64,000 bases of DNA from Blasia pusilla (lineage: Eukaryota). Position numbers and translations under genes: made by a program. Shown piece after piece: positions 25,901-37,177 of the stretch (the stretch's first letter is position 1; the number at the start of each line of letters is the position of its first letter). The DNA is taken from assembly GCA_050084515.1 (NCBI GenBank), contig CM114271.1, forward strand, positions 24,614,001-24,678,000, read 5' to 3'. Below the pieces are notes generated by a model, which had not been told where the DNA came from, made no database searches, and worked only from the letters and a program-made list of their open reading frames with translations.

Positions 25901-28900
25901 TGTTGTGGTGGGACACCCAACTCTTCAAGTCGTTTCCAAAGAAGTGCCCTTGGAACTGTGTCAAATGCCTTCTTGAAGTCTACAAAACAGCAGAACAATT
26001 TTCCCAGCTTGTGACCATTTCTTGACTTGGAAGTTTCTTCAATCAGTACTGGGAGTGTGAGAAGGTGATCCAGGGTACTATGTGAGTGTCGAAAACCTGC
26101 TTGTCCTCTGGCTCACACCTTTTTTTCTTCAGCCCAGTCGCTGATTTTCCTTTCCAGCAGTAGCCCGTACAACTTGGCCATGAGGGAGCTCACCATGATC
26201 GTTCTGTAGTTGGATGGTATCATTGGGTGTCCAGCCTTGAAGAGTGGGTGGATCGTATTCATTTGCCATTTTGGTGGGAAGCCCTGTTGAACTGCAGTAT
26301 TGAACATTCTGGTGAGGGTTGGGCCAATTGCCTCACTTGCGAATTTGAACATCTGACCCCAGGTCATCCTCTGGTTTGTTATGTAGCCTTCTGAGGCCCG
26401 ATGTGAAATCTTCAATGGTGAAGAGGTCCGGCAGATCCCGGATCGCATTCGGTTGGTGGGAGCAGCAGTGTTGGAGTGGTAAAGTTGGGTACCATATGTG
26501 GTCCAGATCTGTAGATCTTGGAGTGGAATGTTGTTCTGTGTATTCCTGAGTAATTCTCCAGAATTTGGCCGATTGGTATTTTATTTGTTCTGTGAACTCT
26601 GTGATCCTCATGGCAATGTATTTGTGCTTCTTCCTACGTACCAATCGTTTGTAAGTTTTCTGCAACAATCGAGTGTATGGAGAGTGTGGATCCTCCCTCA
26701 GCCGGTGATTCAGCTCCCTGCGGGCCTCTTTGCAGTCCTTGTCAAACCAGGGTTGGGAGAAGAACATAGAAGTTGATCTAATGTGTTTGCCTCCAAACAG
26801 TTGGAAAGGTAAGACTTTTCTGCAACACTGATGTAGGATGTCGCTGAACTCAGTGGTGTTCACTGTAGGTGAGCACTGTGTAAGAGCCTTGTTGACGAGT
26901 GTGATCAGGTCATCTTTCTTTTCCTGAAGGAAAGTGTATCGACATTTGGTCGGCAGAGTTAATTTTTCTGCAGCCTCTGGGTGGTTTCGGAGACCATGTC
27001 AAAGTAGAGTGGTTCATGATCAGATTCTAGAACGGGTGTGATACGGACATTGGCAACCAGATGTGGTAGTTGATGTACTTCCCCAATCAGGTAGTCGACC
27101 ACTGAGGTTTCTCTGCTGGAGTCAGAGGGTCCAATGGAAGTGCGACCTCCTGACTGTGGCCACATAGCCATGACATTGGCGAGTACCAAACAATGTGTCG
27201 AGCAAAGTTAGAGAAGTTTCTCTCCATTGGCTGTTTTTTCCTTGTCCACTGAAGTGCGCTGCAGGTGTGGGAAGAATACTTCTCCGAGAGACCCGTCTGC
27301 CGACTGAGCATCAATCCCTTCCATGTTGGTGTTGTTTGACAAGAGAGAGAGAGAGAATGAATGAATAGATTTATTGTCCACGGGGACCCCACAGGACCAT
27401 GGGACTTAGTTTTGACACTTAACAACAAATTTGGAGAGAGAGCAAGCACCAGCGAGGGCCTAAGGGGTCCTCAGAGCCAGGTGAGTGTCCCTGGTCTTCA
27501 CACAACTATGCAAGAATTTAGCAATCTGAGTCTGATTCTGCCTAGTCATGAACGGGAGGACCCTGGGAGCTCGGTGAACAAAGAGATCCGGGAAGTCAAG
27601 CCTAATGTGATCGTGAAAGGTGCAGTCGAAGAGGTAGTGATGTTCATCATCAACAAGGCTGGAGTTGCAAAATCTACATAATCTGTCCTCTCTTTTCTTC
27701 TGTGAGAATTTTCCTTTCTCAATCTCCAGGTCAGTAGAGCCACATCTGAATCTCGCTAATGTATGACTTAACTTAGTGGGAATGGGGGCAGAGATGTAGG
27801 AGGCTTGCTGCATGGATCTGCAGTTGTTCATGAGGGTGTGGTAGCGCCTCATTCTTTCACCATTTTTGTGAGAGGAATTCCCCCTGCTTTCCCAGAGGCG
27901 CTGGTGTCGGCCCCAGTTGATGGCAATGTAATTGCTGTGTAATTGTTCAGCAAGGTCCTGGTGGGTGGCCGTAGGCAGGTCACCGATGGACATAACTAGA
28001 ACTAAGAACAAGAGATAAGAAATAACTTCTAATCTACCTGAAGTGAGAGACTTGTAACCATGGTAAACTTCCAACCATGGTTTGTAGAACTAACCACAGT
28101 TAAAACTAAAAACGATGGAATTTTTTTTTTGAATAGCAGACAATTGTATATGAAATCCTAACATGCTTATCACAGTCTCATATCATCTTGTACATAACAG
28201 CAAATTCTTAGGCAAGTTGTCTTCTGTGTTGCAGATACAAGATGGAGAGATATTTGCGACAATAAATCAAAAGGATGGAATGGTGAGCTTTCAAGAAGAT
28301 CCAGAGCAGTATAATACTCGGAAAATGGCCAATCGTCTTGATTCTGAAATTCAGCAGTAAGTCACCATTTCTAGCTCTTATGCTTACACTATATCATCTG
28401 CCTGTCTGTGACTTTACCTTGTTGTGAACATGGTACCCAGAAAGTCTTTTTCTAGCCCTGCTTTTGTGTTCTTACCATAGGTTGGGTTGTCTGCAACTCC
28501 ATTTTCTCCCTGATACTTTTCTGTAGTTTACTACAGTGCAAGACAATTCAATCATTCTAAAGCAGACTCATGGTTTAGAGATTGGAATTGACATATGAAC
28601 CTGAAATGAGAATGATGAAATCGTGCTAGTTCGATGGGTGACGGCTAAGGTGGTAGAGACTTATGTTGTCATGCTGAATATTTGGTTTTACAGCATCATC
28701 TGTCTTGCCAAGAAGCTTTCGTCTGTTGATGAACAAGTCTTATGTGATCAAAACTATTTGAGCAAGGTGTGATTTAATCTCCTCTTTTAGGATCCTATTC
28801 CAGCTTCATATTTCTGCATTACTTCATTCTTTAAGTTGAATCTCAGGTGATGGGTTCTCCTTGATTCCAGCAAAGAACTTGGATGAAATCCATTTTGGTT

Positions 28901-29101
28901 TTAGTCCTGACATTGAAATTACTTGGATTCTTGATCCCTTCTGATACCTCTTCCATATAATCTTTTGTTGTGTGAAGCGTGTCTGATATTCTTTCCTCAC
29001 ATTTGACGAGTTTGTTACTCTTGCAGATTGGCAAAGATCGGCCTCGATACGACCCTGATGACTTTGAGCTTGTTCCTCAAAAAATGTACACCAGTTTGTG
29101 A
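13971..29101 (+). CDS. CSN3: COP9 signalosome subunit 3, 11 exons, 431 aa
   Basis: Exons 13971-14155, 14867-14982, 16265-16529, 16994-17051, 17215-17304, 17744-17806, 18227-18316, 18471-18629, 28235-28356, 28694-28766 and 29027-29101. All introns GT-AG, phases consistent, 1296 nt total. Motifs [37 protein letters not shown] and PCI domain [20 protein letters not shown]...[19 protein letters not shown]. Confidence 0.95.
15430..16100 (-). mobile_element. Possible very old LINE RT relic in CSN3 intron 2
   Basis: Weak collinear remnants on the - strand: EQxG-like (~16090), DLSKA (~16035), SHLDD (~15725). Confidence 0.25.
19329..24157 (-). mobile_element. LINE family A (APE endonuclease + RT + C-terminal Cys/His motif; RTEX/RTE-like), near full length, disrupted
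   Basis: [80 protein letters not shown]-terminus FRTG..CALC..ET..HYLVSC. 3' end ...GAGTACAG|TCTCTTTC. Several frameshifts. Lies in CSN3 intron 8, antisense to CSN3. Confidence 0.92.
24158..27342 (-). mobile_element. LINE family B copy 1 (RTEX-like), 5'-truncated within the endonuclease
   Basis: [90 protein letters not shown]. 3' end AATAAATCT(ATTC)4(TC)5. Confidence 0.92.
27343..27990 (-). mobile_element. LINE family B copy 2, 5'-truncated (~650 bp)
   Basis: Same C-terminal motif ([30 protein letters not shown]) and 3' UTR as copy 1. Tail (ATTC)3(TC)6. Homology to copy 1 ends at ~27990. Confidence 0.92.
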
Positions 29102-31543
29102 GAGCGTTCAGATTCACTTCAGATACATATTGGTGCAGTTGTCTACACACGGGTAGTAGACGCAGTCATCATGGATTGCTTTTATAGTGGATAGGGGCCC
29201 ACGTTCTGCAGCACCATTATTTGGAGAAGTAGTGTTCAGGAAGCGTTGGGGATGCAGTCTTCAATCACCACTCCCTGATTGTGATGATTTGGGATGTCTA
29301 TGTTAGAAACAAGCTTCAGTAGGCATATCTTCCACAAGCATTCCAACCTAGTATGGAGAAAGGTTCAGAATAGCCCCCAGCAATCTGAACAATTTCTGAA
29401 GTATCTCAGAGTGGAATCCGCTGTCCACAATTGTCTAACTATCGCTAAAAGCGTATGCTGATGACTTGAGATTCCAAGGGATACAAAACAGCGCACGAAA
29501 ACAATTCTGGGGGAATTGGCAGTTTCCTGTGTAATTCAGAAATTCTGAGTTGAAGATAGCGTGGTCTGCACTTACTGGTGTTTCAGGCTGTCAGGAATGA
29601 ACAAGGACGTTCTATGGGCGGTGAATCACATAGGGGTTAGTGTACATTCTGTCTATTCAAGTTGACAATTCTGTTCACTTGGATTCTGGAAAGAGATGCC
29701 CATGCCAGATCCACAAAGGTAGCTCCACTCTTCCCCTGAGCCTGTCCTAGTAGATACCAGGGCTTTGATAAGGGGCGATTTTTACCCATTTCATGGACCT
29801 GTGGAGAGGTTGACAACCTGCCTGCCTTACTACCTTCGAAAGTTGTGTGGGAAGAAAAGGAGTAAAGGAGTCATATGAGTGTCTTCGTGTAAAGTTACTT
29901 GGAACTGGAGTGCTTAGCCTCTGATTTTGTTGCTGATGGCCAAAATCAAGTTCAATTTTTGTCCTTATGACTCAAATCAGCTTTAATCAAGTGAGAATGC
30001 CCGACTGTCCCTTCTTTTCACATGCCATGAGTAGAGTTTGTGGCAACCCAATGAAATTGCACCCTGAAGTATGGCTGTTTTCTGCCTACTCATTATGTAA
30101 ATTATTGGTTCACAGAATCTAGACAATATTGACCGAGTGAATGAACACAGGGTATGAACCTTTCTGCATACGCACTAAGCACATTTTGTATAAAAGTAGG
30201 AAGAGGCAGTTGATTAGGAGCTTGTCATCTTTAAACATTCCACTTTGCGTCATCTTCATGAAACTATTCCACAGATAATACTTTGTTTCTTAACAGTAAA
30301 ATACTCGTAGACGCAGAATCTACTGAACTGATCAGAGAGAGAGAAGGGACAGGGGAATAGTGCCAATAGAAACAATGAGAATGTGAGTTATTCAAGCTGT
30401 AAGGAATGAACATGGAAGTTTTATGGGAAATGGATCACGTAGGGGTTCATAGTTATTCTTGTATTGGTGAGTAATCAATCCTTATTCAAGAATTTTGTCC
30501 CTTATGTTCTGGAGCAGTATTAGATTAGAAATAGGATTACTAGTTTCAAACCATTATTTAATCACTTTTGATTCACAAACTTTAATTCGGGTAGAGAAAT
30601 TGGAATAGAAGCTTGATACTTTGGTGTGGTTGCACTTGCTCCCTCGGGGATGGTAACATGGTGTTGACTTGACTTGGTTTATGCAATGACTCATCACACA
30701 AACTTTAGCCCCTCCAACTCGTGCCATTCCTACACCTAAAACTTGTAGGAATCTTGAAGTTGCTAGCAGATATAAGTTCGGTGGATTAGTACTCTTAGAG
30801 TCTAGGATTTTGTCTCCATTCATCATCGTTGTCATTACTTTAGGGAGGTAGGTGAGATTACATCTTAAGCTAGAGGAGTTCTTTTTAGTTGCCATTTCAG
30901 GAGGTCATGATAACTTGCTATCTTACCTTGGAGTTGACCTATGTGTACAAGTCACCCTTATCTTTGATGAATGGCAATCTTTGAGGGGTTTTCATTTATT
31001 ATGTAACTTCTAGCACATTTAGATGTACTGCTTAGTGATGCCACTTGTACCATTAGGGGCAAGTGAGATGTGTCACTATTAAGGGTGTCCTTTTTTGTAA
31101 GGCCTTTCCTAAACCCTACACTTTCATATGGAGAGGACCTTATGTCATAGCTTGTGAGGTTGAGTACATTGAGTACTCCGCATCCTTTATGAATTCTTGT
31201 AGATGGGTAACATGTGCAAAGAGGTTATCATGGGGTTTGGCGCAAGGGGGATATATCTTTTAGATATTAGACCCAAGGTTGGGATCTATGATACAATGCG
31301 ACTACACTTCTGTGTTTCAATTCTCTTGAGTAAGATTGGGCTACGATTAATATGGAGATCACACCTTTGTCTTTGGTTATAAATTGGTTGAAATCTCTTT
31401 GTTGTAAACACGCTATGCATTTTAAGTTTATTTGACCCACGTTGGGAATAAATCTTAATAGAGTAAATTTCAATCTCAAGAGCAATTTAATATCTAAGCT
31501 GTGCTCTACCTTTTGAGTATGCATATCTAGATATGAGTATATG

Positions 31544-31869
31544 TGTGAGAATTGTCGAATGAATTGAAATTGCGTTTGTACTCTCTGTGTTCTCTATAGT
31601 GATAGATTGAAAGCCGATACATAAGTAGTAAAGTCTGCTCTAAACTAAGAGCCGTAATCAAAAGACGTGACGGTAACTATGTCACTTCAGAAATGTCTCA
31701 TAGCTACGTATCGTTTCGCAAGATGAAACGTTACTAGCAGTAATCAATGGACATAAACAGAACATTGATTCTAATCTAATCTAGATCGTTCGTATGGATT
31801 GATCCGTGTGATCAATTCTTGGATCAGTACTCTGATGATTTGTTTCGCTGGACTAATTGATTTCCTACA
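31544..31869 (-). repeat. Copia 3' LTR
   Basis: TGTGAGAATT...TTCCTACA on +; direct repeat of 36393-36718. Confidence 0.97.
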
Positions 31870-34800
31870 CTCCCACTCAGGGGAACAAATCAACCATTTT
31901 CATCACTAGTTAACCCTAGAGATTTAGTATGTTTCTGATGAGGTCCTTTCTGTAAACCCTTAGTAAAAACGTCTGTTGTCATCTCTGCAGTTGAAATATA
32001 GGTCAAAATAATTTCGCCACTTGATACTTGATCTATGATATAGTGGTATTGAATGTCGATGTGTTTGGTGCGGTCATGATGTTTTGTAGAACTGACCAAA
32101 GCAATAGCACTCTGGTTGTCTGAGAAGATCTCGTTATCTTCTCGAGCAAAACCAATTTCGTAAAGTAATCTTCGATCCAAATAGCTTCAAGTGCTAGTTT
32201 TAGTCATTGCAATGTACTCGGACGGTACTTGAAAGAGCAATCGACTTTTGTTTTCTACTTGCCAACTAATCGCTCCTCTTGCAAGGAGAAAGCAAAATCC
32301 GCTAGTACATTTTCGAAGTCGATATTGTCTCCATAGGCAACACGAGAATATCCTTGAAGATGAAAAGGAGTAGATGAGCGCTGATATTGGAGAAAGTAAT
32401 GTTTTGTCCCTTGTAGATACCTGAAAATACGTTAGACAAAAGTCCGTGTATAGGACCAGGATTGGTCATGAAGCAGGCAAATGATGCTAACATAATAGGC
32501 AATATCGGGCGAGTGCATACCATTGCCCACATTAAAGCTGCTCAGTAGCACTTTTATAAGGAATAGAAGACATTGCTGCAATGTCAAGATGAATGAGATT
32601 GATCTTGACTAAGATGAAGGCCAAAATCAAAGGGAGTGGAGATAGGTTTGCAGCCCAAAGATGTTGAACTGTTTGAGTTTGTTGGTGATGTAAGTCGTCT
32701 GGTCGAGCTTGATCCATCCTTGTTGTCGGTCTCGTTGGATATGAATTCCCAGAACATGATAAGCTTCATCGAGATCAGTCATTTCAAACTCTTGGCGGAG
32801 CTTCGTTTTGACAAAATGAAGCAGCACAGAAGTGAAGCTGGCAATGGCAGTGTCATCCACATAGAGAGCAAGGATCATAAAATTGGAGTCCTTGTTCAGA
32901 ATGTTCAAAATATTAGAGTCAGCAATGGTGCTAACAAACCAATGTCGAGTAAAACATAGTGACAACGCTCATACCACATACGGTCTGATTGCTTCAAACC
33001 ATAAATAGACCTTTCGAGAAGGCAGACCAAGTTATTCTGGGGAACTGGCAAGCCTGGAGGAAGGGGCATGTAGATCTTGTGTTGCACGAATCCATATAGA
33101 AAAGCAGCGATTACATCTAATTGATGTAAGTCCAAGTTGAAATAAGCAGCGATAGCAATAAGAATACGAAGATATTGAAGTTTAACAGTACGAGAAAAGG
33201 TCTCGTCGTAATCAAGATCAGGAACTTGAGTAAATCCTTTAGCAACCAGACGGGCTTTGTACTTGTGGATTGTGCCATCCACATGAGGTTTAATTTTAAA
33301 AACCCAACGGCAACCAATTGGGCTTTGATTAGGAGGAAGGGGAACCAAAGTCCAAGCCTTCATTCTAGCCATATTCTGAAGTTTTGCAGAAATGGCAGCC
33401 TTCCAATGTGAAGAGTCAAGTCTAGAGATAGCCTCTTCATAAGATTGGGGTTCAAGAAAAGAACTAGTAGAAGAGAGCAAGGCCCAACGCTTCTCTGCAA
33501 CTCGCTTTTTGTTCTTCTTAGCTTCAATAAGTGCATCGTAACGTTCAACAACCCGAGTAATGCGAGGACTTTTTCTTTGAGCAAGAGGAGGAGTAGGAGC
33601 TCGTTGTCTTCTTTCATAGTAAAGATGGGTACACCCATGACCAAGTACAGGATGTGCAGTGGAAGAGACCGTTGGTGAAGGCATATCCTCTGGTTGTGGC
33701 GGACTTGAAAGTTGTTGAACTCCCACTGAAGAAGACATGGAAGAAGAGGGAGTTCCCACTGAGGGAATAATCGGAGAAGTAGCAGGAATAGGCAAGGAAG
33801 TTTGAGGATTAGGGGATGAGCGGAAAAATAGAGGATCATATCTGATAGTCAGATCTTCTACATCTTAAGAAACGAAAGATGGAGTGGTCTGAGCAGTCTG
33901 ATCTTCAAGAACTACAGCATCATGAGAGAGAATGATAGTTTTGTCTCTCAGTCTCTCGAGACGCGAGGCTTTGCTTTGGTCACTGTAACCAAGGAAAATG
34001 CATTCCTCGATGCGAAAATCCAGCTTTGCATGAGGATCATTGATTTTAGCAAATGCATGGCTTCCAAAAATACGAAGATGAGATAACACAGGTTTACGAT
34101 TAAACTATAACTCATATGGTGTTTTGGAAAGTGGCAATGCTTTGCTCGGAAGACGATTTTGCAAATAATTAGCACTAACCAAAGCTTCACCCCAATAAGT
34201 CTTGGGAAGCAGAATGGAAAAGCATAGAACGGACATAATTAGCAAGAAACACCATTTTTCCGTGGTGTGTAGGGAACAATGAACTGCCTGGAGATTCCTC
34301 GAGAATGGAAGAAGTCTAAGAAAGCAGATGACTTAAATTCCCCACCATTGTCGGATCGCAATGTCTGAATGCGTCAAGGGTGATGTTATGTCTCTACATT
34401 AGCCACAAATTGAGTGAAACGGGAAGAACCTTCGGATTTGTAATGGAGGAGGGAAACAGTAGTATACTGGGAGAAATCGTCAATAAAGACCATGAAATAA
34501 CGAAAACCCAAATGAGTAGGGGGAGAAATAGGCCCGCAAATATCTGTATGAATTAATTCTAAAACATTAAGAGCTGTATAGACTGGAGTAGTGTTAGAAA
34601 AAGGTTTTCCAGTCTGCTTGCCATGTAGGCAGGCTCAACATGAAGAAATCTGAGAGGGATTATGCCGTGGAAGTCCGCCAGCCATTTGCTGATTTTGAAG
34701 TTGAGAAACATGAGCGGCGCTGATGTGACCCAAATGGTGATGCCACATATCAGCGATCGTGGGAAGAATCGCAGTGGAAACTGTAATGGGAGAAAATCGG

Positions 34801-36392
34801 GAGGGTGGAAGGACAACTTCTCCGAGTCTGTACAAATCATTGATTAAATAACATGTTGTGATGATATGGTATGTAGAATCACGGAGTATGCACTTTCCGT
34901 TTTGAATCAAGGCAGATCCTCCTGAAGTGTCTAGTTGCTTGACTGAGAAAAGATTTTTCTTCAAGCTTGGTATAAAGAAAACATTCCGAAGAATGTATCG
35001 AATACCATTAGTCTGAAGGATCTCAACGTATCCAGATCCTTTTATCTCCAGACTAGAGTTATCACCTAGGAAAACATACGAAGATTTTTCATACGGAGTG
35101 TAATTGAAAAATTAATCACTGGAGAAGGCCATATGATGAGTAGCACGGGTATCAAGATACCATGTGTTATCTTCAATATCTGAAGCCAAAGTTGAATAGG
35201 CAACGGTAGAGAAGAGATGAGACGTAAAATTTGCTTTTGGAGCAGACAATCTAGACTGCATTTGCTGATCTGCAAGACGTTTTCGGAAACCTTTAATATG
35301 ATGCCCCTACAAATTGCAGTAGAAACACTTCATTTTCTTATAAGTGTTCTGCTGATTGGAGGATGAAGCCTGCCAATCAGCTTGATGATTGGACGATTCG
35401 CCATGTGGAATTGTCATAGAAGCAGGAACAAATCCTGATTTGAAAGGACCAAAGCCTTTCTGAGAAGATTTGCCTCAACCGTAACCTCTGAACGAGCCCC
35501 CTTGCCTCGATTGCCGAATTTGGACTTCGATTGAAAAGGGGCAAAACCTCGTCCAACAAAAAGAGCTGAGGACGGTTCAGTAGTCTGCGTCTTCATCATT
35601 TTCTCTCTAAGAAGGAAAGTGATCACAGATTGCAAAGTAAGGTTACTGTGACCTCGCAATGAGGTCAATAAGTTGCGATAACTACTGGGCATTGATCGCA
35701 TCAATGCAAGATACTGATTTTCATCAATAGGCATCGATCCAGTAGCGTGGAGTTGATCAATCAATGTCCTAAATTGATGGACATGTTTGGTAACACTATC
35801 GCCTTCTTTCATCTTAAGAGTTTGCAATTCATCTTGCAGATACATTTTTGTGACAGTGTCATGGGCTTGGTATAAAGAATCTAATTTTGTCCAGTCTTCC
35901 GCTGCAGTCGTAGCGGAATTGATATGATGAAATTGCAAATTGTCTAAACGATTCGCTATGAAGGATAAGGAAATTCGGTTGAGAATCTCCCATTCGTGGA
36001 CACTCCCAGCGCCGGTGGTAGGAGCGGTAGCGGCTGCTGGCTTTGGAGTTGTTCCTTCTACGATGCCTACTAAATCTTCGGCATCAAGGTACAATCTCAT
36101 GCGTAATCTCCAGATATAGAAATAGGTCCTGTCAAATTTCGGGATGTCGTCAATCTTGAGGAACATGTTAGAATTCACCATCGTGAATTGATGAAAATGA
36201 TAGAAAACGGGTGAAGGACTTCGAATTCGTAAGAATCAGAAGTCTGCAGCCACCAAGCAATCAGAAATGAGAAAGGCGTTTGAGCATAAGGCGTCCCCTC
36301 TACTCTAGGAATGTTGAAGCGTCCCTCAAATTCCAATCCTTTCTTGAAAATCGTAAAAGAAAGTAGCGACTAGCGACTAGGCTCTGATACCA

Positions 36393-36718
36393 TGTGAGAA
36401 TTGCGGAATGAATTGAAATTACGTTTGTACTCTCTGTGTTCTCTATATTAATAGATTGAAAGCCGATACATAAGTAGTAAAGTCTGCTCTAAACTAAGAG
36501 TTGTAATCAAAATACGTGACGGTAACTGTGTCACTTCAGAAATGTCTCATAGCTGCGTATCATTTCGCAAGATGAAACGTTACTAGCAGTAATCAATGGT
36601 CACAAACAGAACATTGATCCTAATCTAATCTAGATCGTCCGTATGGATTGATCCGTGTGATCAATTCTTGGATCAGTACTCTAATGATTTGTTTCGCTGG
36701 ACTAATTGATTTCCTACA
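36393..36718 (-). repeat. Copia 5' LTR
   Basis: Direct repeat of 31544-31869, abutting the PBS. Confidence 0.97.
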
Positions 36719-36947
36719 ATATGTACGTAAATGGATAGTTTGTTGGATTTTTTGGAATCATTTGCATACATACGCTATAGGATTCATATAATAGATGGAT
36801 CGCGGACATGTGTTGATGACTAACACTGAATATTCGCATGACATCACATTTCTTGGAGCTCTTGGATATCCCTTCTCAACTATAGCTCATATCAATGAGA
36901 ATTTGCTCTTCAAATTAGTGGAGATTAGGGTGGGGGTGGTTCCCAAG

Positions 36948-37177
36948 CATGGTTGCACAGAAACGGACAAGTTTGTCCCTATGATAGACATTGATGGACA
37001 AGTTTAGGCATGTCCACGGACATGGATTGCAAAAGGTGCCACAAAGGCAAGTGGGGAGGATAAGAAAGAAGAGGGAGATGGGACCCACATGGACAAGTCC
37101 TTCTATAGGACGAACATAAGTCCATGGACATTGACATGTATACACACACAGACTTTGTCCATATGCAACCTTGTTGC
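36948..37177 (-). repeat. Second copy of the unclassified dispersed repeat at 8993-9312
   Basis: CATGGTTGCACA, CACATGGACAAGTCCTTC and ATGCAACCTTGTTG are reverse complements of blocks at 9 kb. Confidence 0.65.

Larger units (their letters stand above)
31544..36718 (-). mobile_element. Structurally complete Ty1/copia LTR retrotransposon with disrupted gag-pol
   Basis: 326-bp TG...CA LTRs and TSD ATATG (31539-31543, 36719-36723). PBS TGGTATCAGAGC (36381-36392, tRNA-iMet). PPT GAGTGGGAG next to the 3' LTR. gag 35414-36181, GAG-pre-integrase WHHHLGH, integrase RSDNGGEF, RT CRWVFKIK/YKARLVAKGF/YGLKQ/LYVDD, RNase H DNQSAI..RTKHIDIQYH. Copia domain order. Confidence 0.97.

Noticed and set aside
27991-28020. 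ACAAGAGA as a TSD for LINE B2
   Set aside because: Only 8 bp, low complexity and not adjacent to the junction.
30560-31500. Gypsy integrase relic (STPCYHPRG) next to the copia element
   Set aside because: Only one weak motif; too decayed to support.
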